A DNA stretch of 64,000 nt from a bacterium (GTDB taxonomy: Bacteria > Electryoneota > Electryoneia > Electryoneales > Electryoneaceae). The translations under genes were made by a program, and so were the position numbers. A model generated the notes under the pieces. The model was not told where the DNA came from. It searched no databases and saw only the letters and a program-made list of their open reading frames with translations. Positions 19,582 to 29,367 of this stretch are shown here, piece after piece. Numbering within the stretch: the first letter of the stretch is position 1; each line of letters opens with the position of its first letter. The DNA is taken from positions 2,208,001-2,272,000 of the forward strand of contig CAXXKJ010000002.1 in the NCBI GenBank assembly GCA_963675295.2. Reading direction: 5' to 3'.

Positions 19582-20946
19582 CTACCCTTCCAACCCCTTC
19601 CGAGCCTCGGCGACAGCGTTCTCAACATCCTTCCGATACTCGGCGACACGTTCTTCCGTATCCGCTTCAAAGCGCATCACCAAGACCGGCTGCGTGTTGC
19701 TGGCACGCACGAGGCCCCATCCGTGCGGGTAGTTGACCCGGACACCGTCAATGTCGACCACGTCGTACTTACCCTTGTACGATTCGGCGACCTTCTCGAC
19801 CACCTTGAACTTGATCGCGTCCGGGCAATCGACACGAATTTCCGGTGTGGACGGATATTCCGGCAGATCGGCGAGGATCTCCGACAACGGTTTGTCCGAA
19901 TTCGCCACGATCTCAGTCAGACGCAGCGCCGCGTAGGTCGCGTCATCATAGCCGAAATAGCGGTCGTTAAAGAACATGTGGCCGCTCATCTCGCCGGCGA
20001 GCTTCGCGTTTTCCTCGCGCAGCTTGCCTTTGAGGAACGAGTGCCCGGTACGCCACATGATCGGCTTGCCACCGTGCTTCGCGATGTCGTCGTACAATGC
20101 CTTGCTGCACTTGACTTCACCGATGACCGTCGCGCCGGGGAAATTCTTCAGCACGTCGCGTGCGAACAACGCCAGCAGACGGTCACCCCAAAGGATATTG
20201 CCCTTGTCGTCGATGACGCCGATGCGGTCGCCGTCACCATCAAACCCGACGCCGAACTCCAGCCCCTGCTCGAGCACGGTCTTCTTCAGATCCTGAATAT
20301 TCTCAACGACCGTCGGGTCCGGGTGATGGTTCGGGAAGTTGCCGTCCACCTCGCTGAACAGTTCCACCGGATCCTGGCCCAGTTTGCGGAAGACATCCGG
20401 CGAGGTTGCGCCGGCGATACCGTTCCCGCTATCGAGCGCGAGTTTTACCGGACGGCTGATGCTGATGTTTTCCGCGAGATAGTCCATGTACGCCGGGACA
20501 ACATCCTGTTCCGAATACGTACCCTCGCCGGTTTGGAAGTTCTCGTTGTCGATCCGTTCACGCAGATCCTGGATCATGTCGCCGAAGACCGTCTGCTTGC
20601 CGATCATCATCTTGAACCCGTTGAACTCCGGCGGGTTGTGGCTGCCGGTAATCTGCACCGAGGCGTCCGGGTTCAGGTGGTACGTCGCGAAGTAGGTGAT
20701 CGGGGTGGCGACGGCGCCGATGTCGATCACATCGCAGCCGGAGGCCAGCGCGCCCTTGACAAACGAGTCACGCAGGGCGGGGCCGGTGAGACGGCCGTCG
20801 CGTCCGAGCACGATCGTCTTGCCGCCCTCGTCACGCACCCAAGAACCGACACCACGTCCCAGCGCTTCGACCACATCCGGCGTCAGGTCGTCCGCGACCA
20901 CGCCACGAATATCGTATTGACGGAAAATTTCCGGGTTCATCTTCAT
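19582..20946 (-). CDS. phosphomannomutase/phosphoglucomutase
   Basis: FRQYDIRG, TGSHNP, FDGDGDR, GEMSGH, RASNTQP. Confidence 0.96.
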   Translation of the reverse strand: MKMNPEIFRQYDIRGVVADDLTPDVVEALGRGVGSWVRDEGGKTIVLGRDGRLTGPALRDSFVKGALASGCDVIDIGAVATPITYFATYHLNPDASVQITGSHNPPEFNGFKMMIGKQTVFGDMIQDLRERIDNENFQTGEGTYSEQDVVPAYMDYLAENISISRPVKLALDSGNGIAGATSPDVFRKLGQDPVELFSEVDGNFPNHHPDPTVVENIQDLKKTVLEQGLEFGVGFDGDGDRIGVIDDKGNILWGDRLLALFARDVLKNFPGATVIGEVKCSKALYDDIAKHGGKPIMWRTGHSFLKGKLREENAKLAGEMSGHMFFNDRYFGYDDATYAALRLTEIVANSDKPLSEILADLPEYPSTPEIRVDCPDAIKFKVVEKVAESYKGKYDVVDIDGVRVNYPHGWGLVRASNTQPVLVMRFEADTEERVAEYRKDVENAVAEARKGLEG

Positions 20947-21096
20947 GATGAGTTAACCCCCTGGTGTATGTTTGGTTTTGGAATCACAGTTGTTGGTACC
21001 TGAGTGGTCCGAAACCACTCTTCCTCGCGAAAATACGTGGACGCGTACAGGTAGAGAATGAGCGAAGGAGGTGAAACGGTCTCTCCGGGCCAGGTG

Positions 21097-22266
21097 TTAC
21101 ACTGCCCCGCTTAGAGACTCTAGTTTCACCATCGCCTGCCAGTACAATTCTTCGTACCGGTCAACCGCCGGTTTGAGCAGGAATGTCGTTGACGCCCGTT
21201 TCCGCGAGGCTTGCGACATCGACCGTTGCAGTTCCGGCGACCGGAACAGCCGTTCGCACGCATCGATCATCGACTCCACCGACCCGACCTCACACAGGAA
21301 TCCGGTTTTCTCGTGCTCGATCACTTCCGGCAGCCCGCCGGCGGTATAGCCGATCACCGGCACGCCGCATGCCTGCGCCTCGAGCGCGGCGAGGCCAAAA
21401 CTCTCGGCGTTGGAGGGGAAGAGGAACGCGTCCGCGAAGGGCAGCAGCTTCTCGGCATTTTGTTGCGGGCCGAGGAAATGGACATCGTTCGCGTACGGCG
21501 AGGCGTCCAGCTGATTTTTTGCTGCGGCAGCGTCCGGACCATCACCGATCATCACCAGTTGCGCACGCATCCGTTCACGCAACCCGAGGAACGTGTCGAC
21601 CACATCCTGCACCCGTTTCACCGGCCGGAAGTTGGACATGTGCATCAGCACCGGTACGTCCGGATCGGTGGGGAAGGGACGCGGTTCGCCGTTCTTGCGG
21701 GGCTTGAACCGGTCCGGATCGACGAAGTTGTACACGACCTCGTATGGACACGAACACTTGACCACTTCTTTCACCTTCTCACCGAGCCACGAGCTGACCA
21801 CGGTGACCAGGTCGGATTCTTCGAGCGAAAACCGGGTGATCGGCAGGTAGGACGTATCCTTGCCGATGATGGTAATGTCAGTGCCGTGCAGTGTGGTGAT
21901 CAGCGGCATGGACGACCGTCCGCAGATACGCCGCGCGAGCCAGCCGGAGATCGCATGCGGGATTGCGTAATGGACGTGCATCACGTCCAGGTCGTACTTG
22001 CACGAGACTTCAGCAATCTGTGCGGCCAGCGCGAGGCTGTACGGCGGGTATTCAAACAGCGGGTAATCGGGCACATTGACCATGTGAAAGCGCAGGTTTG
22101 GTCGCAACGTATCCAGCCGCACCGGAACCGCATAGCTGATGACGTGTACCTCATGACCGCGATCCGCAAGCGCGTGCGCCAGTTCCACCGCGACAATCCC
22201 GCTGCCGCCGGTGGTTGGATAGCACACGATTCCGATTTTTAACCGCCGCTTCTCAGCTGGGTTCAT
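21097..22266 (-). CDS. bshA: N-acetyl-alpha-D-glucosaminyl L-malate synthase
   Basis: KIGIVCYPT.GGSG.VA.EL, HVHYAIPHA, TTLHGTDIT, SNFRPVKR, ESFGLAALEA. Confidence 0.96.
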   Translation of the reverse strand: MNPAEKRRLKIGIVCYPTTGGSGIVAVELAHALADRGHEVHVISYAVPVRLDTLRPNLRFHMVNVPDYPLFEYPPYSLALAAQIAEVSCKYDLDVMHVHYAIPHAISGWLARRICGRSSMPLITTLHGTDITIIGKDTSYLPITRFSLEESDLVTVVSSWLGEKVKEVVKCSCPYEVVYNFVDPDRFKPRKNGEPRPFPTDPDVPVLMHMSNFRPVKRVQDVVDTFLGLRERMRAQLVMIGDGPDAAAAKNQLDASPYANDVHFLGPQQNAEKLLPFADAFLFPSNAESFGLAALEAQACGVPVIGYTAGGLPEVIEHEKTGFLCEVGSVESMIDACERLFRSPELQRSMSQASRKRASTTFLLKPAVDRYEELYWQAMVKLESLSGAV

Positions 22267-22994
22267 GGATTCGCCTCACCGGCGCCATTGACCAGCAGCT
22301 CGAACGGATCATTTACCGGAACAGGGTTACGCAGCAGGTACGGTTCGCCTTTCGGTACGCTGATCGCCGCGCCGTACTGTGATCCACGGCCCTCGATCCA
22401 CTGCAGGAACTGCTCACTGGCGAGGAACGTTTTCGGCCCTTCGACACCGGGCGTATAAAACTGCGTCCGGTACGCCTTCACCGCCTCCATCCGCTGTTCC
22501 CACTCCTTGCTGACATCGACAATCAAGTCCGGTTCTGGCGCCCACCACATCGGGTAACGCAGCAACGCCCGCACCTTGTGCCGTTCGTGCTCGGTCTTGT
22601 ACCCGCCGACGTAGGAGAAGAACACTGCTTCCTCAATGAGCTGCATGCCCTGGGTGTGGTCCGGGTGACGGTCTTTCGCCGCCGGCCCGATCACCAGTTT
22701 CGGCTGATGCTTGCGGATCGCGTCGACAACGGCCCGTTGCTGCTCCTTGTCGCGTGCGTTGAGGCCGCCGTCCGGCAGGTTCAGGTTTTCCCGCACGGCA
22801 ATCCCCAGCGCCTTGGCGGCGTTGGCGGCTTCCTGGTCACGTTCTTCCATGCTGCCCCGCGTACCGAGTTCGCCTCGGGTCATGTCGAGCAGCCCGACGG
22901 CGTAGCCCTTGGTAACCAGCTTGACGATCGTGCCGCCGCAGAACAGTTCGACATCATCCGGGTGCGGTCCAATTGCGAGCACATCCAGCGCCAT
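22263..22994 (-). CDS. bshB1: bacillithiol biosynthesis deacetylase
   Basis: HPDDVELFCGGT, TRGELGTRG, RHPDH; ATG overlaps the bshC stop. Confidence 0.93.
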   Translation of the reverse strand: MALDVLAIGPHPDDVELFCGGTIVKLVTKGYAVGLLDMTRGELGTRGSMEERDQEAANAAKALGIAVRENLNLPDGGLNARDKEQQRAVVDAIRKHQPKLVIGPAAKDRHPDHTQGMQLIEEAVFFSYVGGYKTEHERHKVRALLRYPMWWAPEPDLIVDVSKEWEQRMEAVKAYRTQFYTPGVEGPKTFLASEQFLQWIEGRGSQYGAAISVPKGEPYLLRNPVPVNDPFELLVNGAGEANP

Positions 22995-24622
22995 TACTGC
23001 CACTCCTTGAGGTTGATGAACACATGCCGTCCGACTGCCTGCAACGCCGTTTCGTTGAGGCCGTCTAGCATGCTGTTGCCGTAACGAATCAGGTAATACA
23101 CCGGGCCGATCACCCTCTCCTGCGGAATACCGCCGGGGAACAGGTGGGTGGACAACTGCCCGACGTGCTTCAACAGGGTTCCGTGTCGCCGCATCAGGCG
23201 TTCGGAGAATCCGTGCCGCAGCTTGTCCACATGATACCGCATCTTGCCGAACGAGGATTCGACCAGCGTCTCCAGCCCGCCGAAATCGCCGTCCCGGGTC
23301 ATGTCCGTAAGAATCCGTTCATGCGACTTGAGGTCAGCGTCAAGGTCGGCGAGGGCGTGATCGGTTTCATCGTCGCGACGGCTCGCCAGCAACCGATTGG
23401 ACAACTCCTTTTCGCCGACAAAGATGTCGCTCGGCTGCAATTCGTATTTGTTCAGCCAGCGTTCCACTTTCGGCTCAACCAGCGTCAGGCTCGCCCGTGG
23501 CACCACAGCCGGCTTGTGAATCCCCAGCGGTGCAAACGCGCCCGGAAGCTGGGCCCAGTAGGCCATCTCATGCGGCCCGGCGACATACGCCCCCGTCGGC
23601 AGCAGCCAACCCTGCAGCATCGGTCGCAAGGTCACCCCGGCAGACAGCCGTTCCGGCTCATCCTCGGCGAGTTTGATCAACTTGTCGCGTGAGATGATCA
23701 AGTCGCTCATCCCACGGATCGCCTTGCCTTCGAGCACAATCTTCCGCCGCTGCCCTTCTTCCAGCAGGAACAACGCCGGCCGTCCCGGTTCAATCGGTGC
23801 CTGCGACTTGTAGCCCGCGCGTTCGATCATTTGTGACCGTTCGACTAGAATCGCGAGACGGTCATCCACCTCTTCCGCCGCCTTCCGCATGAACGGCGAC
23901 GACAGCCGCTTGATCTCCGGATCTTCCGGATCGAAGAACACGAGGCCGTACGTGCCAAGGAAATCATTCCAGAACCGGCGGAAGGCATCCGCGAAGGTGT
24001 GTTCCGCTGAGTACGCTCTTCGCAGCGAGTTCAACACATCCGCGCTGAATTCGGTGGAGGGTAGTTGCGTGATCAGCTTCTGCAGTAAGTCTTCAGCGCG
24101 ATTACCGAGTTTCAGCGAGCCCACCGGGAAACGGTTGCCACTCTTGGTGTCCTTGTAACTGGAGAGCTGGTTGTCCAGATCAATCCAGTGCGATTGCGCG
24201 CATTCCGGCAGGTTGTGGTCGCTTGTCACCATCCAGAAAATCGGAACCGTGCGAACACCAGTCCCGCGCTCCAGCCGGTCAGCCAGCGCGACGGTCGTCA
24301 TCGCCTTGTACAGGGTGAGCAATGGACCACCGGCGATCCCGACCTGTTGGCCGGTGACCACCGCCATCGTACCAGGCTGCGCCAGTGCGTCCAGGTTTCG
24401 CCGCACCGCCTGCGTCAACGGCAAGTCGCCGTATTGTTTGCGGATCGCGTCCGCGATCGCGCCGATCGGACGTTCGTGTTTCGCTTCCGCCTTGCTTTGA
24501 TCCACCCACGCCACCGGGTCTGGATAGGTTCGGAACCCGTAGTCGATATGCGAGATTCCGGCGATGGTCTCATGTACCAGCGGAGGAATCCCGGGGAAAT
24601 CGTCATACGTCAGCATATCCAT
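22994..24622 (-). CDS. bshC: bacillithiol biosynthesis cysteine-adding enzyme
   Basis: VVTGQQ...GGPL.TLYKA, PIFW...DH..E, LRP..Q..LLP..AYV.GP.E.AYWAQL, PQER. Confidence 0.93.
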   Translation of the reverse strand: MDMLTYDDFPGIPPLVHETIAGISHIDYGFRTYPDPVAWVDQSKAEAKHERPIGAIADAIRKQYGDLPLTQAVRRNLDALAQPGTMAVVTGQQVGIAGGPLLTLYKAMTTVALADRLERGTGVRTVPIFWMVTSDHNLPECAQSHWIDLDNQLSSYKDTKSGNRFPVGSLKLGNRAEDLLQKLITQLPSTEFSADVLNSLRRAYSAEHTFADAFRRFWNDFLGTYGLVFFDPEDPEIKRLSSPFMRKAAEEVDDRLAILVERSQMIERAGYKSQAPIEPGRPALFLLEEGQRRKIVLEGKAIRGMSDLIISRDKLIKLAEDEPERLSAGVTLRPMLQGWLLPTGAYVAGPHEMAYWAQLPGAFAPLGIHKPAVVPRASLTLVEPKVERWLNKYELQPSDIFVGEKELSNRLLASRRDDETDHALADLDADLKSHERILTDMTRDGDFGGLETLVESSFGKMRYHVDKLRHGFSERLMRRHGTLLKHVGQLSTHLFPGGIPQERVIGPVYYLIRYGNSMLDGLNETALQAVGRHVFINLKEWQ

Positions 24623-25413
24623 CAGGCACGCTCCGCAAACGTGATCAACCGTTTGCTCGTTTCTGGGTCAAAACTGCTGGCTTCATAGCCGCCCCAGCGG
24701 GCGACGGGGTTCAATCGGGTAGCCTTCAGCATCATGTCCAATTCGTCAGGTTCAAACAGCCGCACCGATTCCCGGACCTGCCGTGCCGATCCGTCCCGCG
24801 CGGTCAACTCTATTGACTTCTCAATCCTCTTGGTCGCTGCAACGTAGCGCCGCCGCTGACGCACATGCCAGCGTTCGGTCGTGGTTTCATCTTTCGGTAC
24901 GAGGGACGCGACCGCCACCGCCGGGTTCATCAAATCGAGCACCAGCGTCCCGCCCGGGCACAACACCCGGTACATTTCGTTCAGCGCCAACTGGTGTTCT
25001 CTATCATCCCCGAAGTACCCGAAACTGGTGAACACGTTCAGCTCCAGCGGGAACGTGCACTCGCCGAACGGCAACCGGCGCAGATCTCCACGAACGTACT
25101 GTGGTCTGGCAACGCGCTCATCCCGTTGATTATCGACGGCTCGCTGCAGCAGCGGCATCGAGAGGTCCAGCCCGGTCACACGCCAGCCGAACTCCCCGGC
25201 GAGGATCTCGGAATGCCGTCCCGCGCCGCAGGCGAGATCAACCGCGCCGCGCTCGTCCGGATCGCCGACCTGTGTACGCAGGTGTCGCAGGAAGGTTCGC
25301 GCCTCTTCAGAGTCACGATGCTGGTACAGTGCGAGGTAATCGTCGTCGAACCAGTCCTGGAACCACTCGGTGCCGGATTTCCCGGCGTTTTGTGCGGAGG
25401 TCTTCGGTTTCAC
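24622..25413 (-). CDS. SAM-dependent methyltransferase, putative N-methyl-bacillithiol synthase (NmbA-like)
   Basis: WFQDWFDDDYLALYQHRD..EA, DLACGAGRH, FTSFGYF; stop overlaps the bshC start (TGATG). Confidence 0.75.
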   Translation of the reverse strand: MKPKTSAQNAGKSGTEWFQDWFDDDYLALYQHRDSEEARTFLRHLRTQVGDPDERGAVDLACGAGRHSEILAGEFGWRVTGLDLSMPLLQRAVDNQRDERVARPQYVRGDLRRLPFGECTFPLELNVFTSFGYFGDDREHQLALNEMYRVLCPGGTLVLDLMNPAVAVASLVPKDETTTERWHVRQRRRYVAATKRIEKSIELTARDGSARQVRESVRLFEPDELDMMLKATRLNPVARWGGYEASSFDPETSKRLITFAERA

Positions 25414-25535
25414 TCCAGCGAATATAGCGGGCCCGGGTCAGGCGCTTCAAACGGGTTCGGACGGGCCCCGGGGACGGTGAGCCGCCCGTGTCCTGCTTTT
25501 GCCCCGGTTCACGGGACACGCTACCTTACCCGCCG

Positions 25536-27245
25536 ATGAAGAACCTCGCCCTGATTCTCGTGATCGCCCTCGCCATCTATGGCTGCGCGCAAACCGGTCC
25601 GCCTGATGGAGGCCCGGAGGATAAGACTCCGCCGTTGCTTCTCGAGACCATCCCCGCGCAGGGTAGCACGAATGTCGACACCTCGACCACGATCACGCTG
25701 ATCTTCGACGAAGCGGTGAGCCAATCGACCCTGCGCTCAGCGTTCGGCCTCTCTCCTCCGCCGCCGGGAGTGGTGCGCGCGGAGTGGTCCGGCAACAAGG
25801 AAGTCGAGCTCCGGTTCGAGCCCGGCCTGAAACCGGACCGTACCTACGCGCTGACCATCGGGACGCAACTTTCCGACGAGAACCGTAATCAACTCGACGA
25901 CACCATCGTACTCGCGTTTTCCACCGGCGACTCGCTCGACACTGGCTGGCTGCGAGGCCTGCTGGTCACCGATGGTGAGTTGGTCGGCTGGAACATCGCC
26001 GGCTACCACCTCGCGGACAGCACCATCGTCCCGGACCCCTCCGTGGATGTTCCGGACGCGACCACGCAAACCGGCAAGGACGGATCGTGGCAGTTGTCCA
26101 ACCTTCGTGTCGGGCAGTGGCGGGTGTTCGCGTTCAAGGACACCGACGCCGACCGCCTGTGGACTCCGTGGCTCGACCAGCTGGCAGTGCCGCCGTATGA
26201 CGTTCAGGCCGCGCCGGACAGCACCACGCAACCGCGTGAGCTGGTCATGCGCTCCTCGCAACCGATCTTGCTGCCGCAGCCGCAACGCGTCTCCGCCCTG
26301 CGCAAGGACTTTTTCCTGCTCAGGCTGGACCGGCAGCCGTTGAAGCTGGAAGCCGACTATTCACTGACCGAGCTTCCCGCTCCGGAAGAGGGCGATGCCT
26401 ACCCGGAAGACTGGGAGATCAACGAAGACGATTTCACCATCCCCGTGTTCAGCAGGAGCTTCAAACCCGGGGATTCGACCGTGGTCCAGCTCGGGTTGGA
26501 ACGTATACCGGAAGGCGATGCGACAGGATTGCGCATCTTCGGTTCCTTCGGCACTGTGGACACGCTCGACACCGTGCTCGCGGTTGATCTCGCGAACGCC
26601 GCGCTCGAGGACACGCTTTTTCCGACACTGGTCAGCGTCGAACCCGAGGACCGGGCTAGGATGCATCTCGGCCAGCCGCATATCAGGTTCACCTTCAGTG
26701 AGCCGGTACGCTACACCGATTCCACCGGTCTGCGGCTGCTGAAAGGGACAGAGGACACGCTGTACCCATCCGTCTCACGTCCGTACCCGAACCGCCTGGC
26801 CTTCTCCATCGCCGATACCACCTCCGGCGGGAGTATCACGGTAGAACTTTTCGGGAGCAGCATTGCCGACCTTGCGGGGAATACCTTGCAGGACAGCGTG
26901 CTTACCTACCGCTACGCCTGGCTGCCACCCGATTCACTGGGCGTTGTCAGCGGAAGTGTAACCGCGCCCTCAGACGACGCGGTCGTCCATTTGATCTTCA
27001 ATGACGTCCTCGGCAAGCAATTGCCGATCAAGCTGAGCGTACCGGGCAGCTCCGACTTTACCGTGCCGAATGTCCCCGCTGGCAGCTGGCAGGTTGAAGG
27101 CTGGCAGGACGTATCCCGGACCCTCAAGTGGTTTCCGGGAACGGCGGTACCGTTTGCACCCGCCGATCCGATGGTGGTGACACGGGACACGATCGACGTC
27201 CGCGCGCGTTGGGAAACGGGCGGAGTGGAAATTATATTCCCCTGA
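25536..27245 (+). CDS. Ig-like (Big_5) domain lipoprotein
   Basis: YGCAQ..PP.GGP.D.TPP, I...FDE, AFSTGD.LD pattern. Confidence 0.8.
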   Translation: MKNLALILVIALAIYGCAQTGPPDGGPEDKTPPLLLETIPAQGSTNVDTSTTITLIFDEAVSQSTLRSAFGLSPPPPGVVRAEWSGNKEVELRFEPGLKPDRTYALTIGTQLSDENRNQLDDTIVLAFSTGDSLDTGWLRGLLVTDGELVGWNIAGYHLADSTIVPDPSVDVPDATTQTGKDGSWQLSNLRVGQWRVFAFKDTDADRLWTPWLDQLAVPPYDVQAAPDSTTQPRELVMRSSQPILLPQPQRVSALRKDFFLLRLDRQPLKLEADYSLTELPAPEEGDAYPEDWEINEDDFTIPVFSRSFKPGDSTVVQLGLERIPEGDATGLRIFGSFGTVDTLDTVLAVDLANAALEDTLFPTLVSVEPEDRARMHLGQPHIRFTFSEPVRYTDSTGLRLLKGTEDTLYPSVSRPYPNRLAFSIADTTSGGSITVELFGSSIADLAGNTLQDSVLTYRYAWLPPDSLGVVSGSVTAPSDDAVVHLIFNDVLGKQLPIKLSVPGSSDFTVPNVPAGSWQVEGWQDVSRTLKWFPGTAVPFAPADPMVVTRDTIDVRARWETGGVEIIFP

Positions 27246-27279
27246 AATCCTAAACGTTGCTAAGAACGGGAGATACTCG

Positions 27280-28335
27280 ATGGTTTATGCGGTGATCATG
27301 GCCGGCGGAAAGGGAACACGTTTCTGGCCGGTTTCCACACCGGAACGTCCCAAACAGCTGCTGCGTCTGTTTGACGAACGCACGATGATCGAACAAACGG
27401 TCCACCGGCTCGAACCGTTTATCCCGGCGAACCAGCAGCACATTGTCACCATCGAGGAGCAGATCGAAGAGTTCGCGCGCCAGGTCCCTGACCTGGACCG
27501 CAACTCTTTTATCACCGAACCGTTCGCACGCAACACCGGCCCGGCGATTGGCCTCTCCGCCGTGCACCTGCTGAAGAAAGACCCGGACGCGATCATGGTC
27601 GTGCTGCCCGCCGACCATCGCATCGAGGACAAGGACGCCTTCCAGAACACTCTGCGCACTGCGGTCGGGTTCGTCGAGGAGTCGGACGGTATCGTCACCA
27701 TCGGGATTCAGCCGACGAGGCCGGAAACCGGCTACGGCTACATCCAGTATGAGCGCGACGATTTCCGCCCCGGTGTCCACCGTGTCGTTACCTTCGCGGA
27801 AAAGCCGAACCGCGAGACCGCGATCCGCTTCATCGAGACCGGCGAATTCCTCTGGAATTCGGGCATGTTCATCTGGTCCGCGCAGCGCATCCTCTCGGAA
27901 ATCGAGGAACATACGCCCGAGCTGTACGCCGCGCTGATGGAGATTTCGGACGCGCTTGACACCGACGATCCGAAAGAACGGGTCGTTCGGGCTTACCAGA
28001 GCATCAAGCCGATCTCGATTGACTACGGCGTGATGGAGAAGACGCGCAACGCGTACGTCGTCCCCGCCAGTTTCGGCTGGAGCGACATCGGCAGCTGGGA
28101 AGAAGTCTACCAGATGGATACCAAGGACACCTCGGGCAATGTGCGCCAGGGTCCGGTGGTGATCCTCGATACGCAGAACTCGTATGTTGTTTCACGCACC
28201 AAACTCCCGCTGGCCGTGATCGGCATGGAGAATGTGGTCGTCGTCCACACGGAAGAGGGCACCCTCGTCTGCCCCCGGGACCGGCTGCAGGATGTCCGTG
28301 AGGCGGCGGAGTTGGTGCAGAAACGGAAGCTGTAG
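27280..28335 (+). CDS. manC: mannose-1-phosphate guanylyltransferase
   Basis: MAGGKGTRFWP.S...PKQ, RNTGP, ETGYGYI, WNSGMF, ISIDYGVME, WSDIGSW. Confidence 0.93.
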   Translation: MVYAVIMAGGKGTRFWPVSTPERPKQLLRLFDERTMIEQTVHRLEPFIPANQQHIVTIEEQIEEFARQVPDLDRNSFITEPFARNTGPAIGLSAVHLLKKDPDAIMVVLPADHRIEDKDAFQNTLRTAVGFVEESDGIVTIGIQPTRPETGYGYIQYERDDFRPGVHRVVTFAEKPNRETAIRFIETGEFLWNSGMFIWSAQRILSEIEEHTPELYAALMEISDALDTDDPKERVVRAYQSIKPISIDYGVMEKTRNAYVVPASFGWSDIGSWEEVYQMDTKDTSGNVRQGPVVILDTQNSYVVSRTKLPLAVIGMENVVVVHTEEGTLVCPRDRLQDVREAAELVQKRKL

Positions 28336-28337
28336 GC

Positions 28338-28622
28338 GTGGAAGCGTCCGGCAGTCATGGAGCCCGGCCACGCCGTCAGGAGATGTACGACCAGTTGCTG
28401 GAAGTCGCCCGGCGGTACTTTGAACGAGTCGAGGAGGAGTCCGGCGATTTCCGCGGCGGGGTTTGCCGCGTGCGGAATGAACGGTACCTTGTGCTCAACC
28501 GGCAGGCGAAACTCGAACGGCGGCTGAGGACGGTCGCCACGGCACTCGCCTCGCTGGATCTTGACCAGCAATACCTGCTTCCGGCTGTACGGGAAGCGAT
28601 CGACCGATATTCGGAACAGTAG
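28338..28622 (+). CDS. hypothetical protein
   Basis: Fills the operon gap; GDFRGGVCRV...LVLN...LLPAVRE looks conserved; start may be ATG 28383. Confidence 0.65.
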   Translation: MEASGSHGARPRRQEMYDQLLEVARRYFERVEEESGDFRGGVCRVRNERYLVLNRQAKLERRLRTVATALASLDLDQQYLLPAVREAIDRYSEQ

Positions 28623-28645
28623 TCCACCCGTGAGGGGGAGGAGAG

Positions 28646-29347
28646 ATGGAGCGGAAGTTCGATCGGACGGACGAGCTGAAACTGCTGCGCAGCGTCCCAC
28701 TGTATTACGATCTCGACGAAAAAGACCTCGAGCGCATCGCCGGCCTGATGGTCCTGAAGAAATATGGCAAGGATGAGATGATCATCTTTGAGGATGATCT
28801 CGGCCGCAACATGTTCGTGATCAAGAAGGGACGCGTTAAAATCAGCGGCGTCTCCAACGAAGGCGACGAGGCCATCTTCTCGATCTTCAGCGAAGGCGAT
28901 TTCTTCGGCGAGTTGTCGATCATTGACGGCCTCCCGCGCAGCGCGACCGCGACCGCCATTGACGACGTCGAGCTCTGGGTGCTCAACCGTGGCGATTTCC
29001 TCTCGCTGCTCGAATCCTACCCGCAGGTGGCGATCACGTTGCTCAAGGAGCTGGCCGAACGCCTGCGCCGCAGCGACAGCCAGATCAAGGCGTTGACGCT
29101 CAAGGACGCACGCGGCCGTGTCGGCTCGACCCTGGTCCGCCTCGCCGAGGATATCGGCATCGTCCGTGGCGGCAAAGTGGTGCTGGAAGGAATACCCTTG
29201 CAACGCGACATGGCCTCCATCGCTGGCACCAGTCGCGAGACCATCAGCCGCGTCATCAAGCGCTTCGAGGATGAGGGCCTGATGATCAAGGTCGAAAGCA
29301 GCATCGTGTTCAACGATTTCGATGCCTTCAAACAACAGTTTGCCTGA
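28646..29347 (+). CDS. Crp/Fnr family transcriptional regulator
   Basis: FFGELSIIDGLPRSAT cNMP-binding motif; AGTSRETISR HTH. Confidence 0.95.
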   Translation: MERKFDRTDELKLLRSVPLYYDLDEKDLERIAGLMVLKKYGKDEMIIFEDDLGRNMFVIKKGRVKISGVSNEGDEAIFSIFSEGDFFGELSIIDGLPRSATATAIDDVELWVLNRGDFLSLLESYPQVAITLLKELAERLRRSDSQIKALTLKDARGRVGSTLVRLAEDIGIVRGGKVVLEGIPLQRDMASIAGTSRETISRVIKRFEDEGLMIKVESSIVFNDFDAFKQQFA

Positions 29348-29367
29348 GAAAATAAAATCGGACATCG

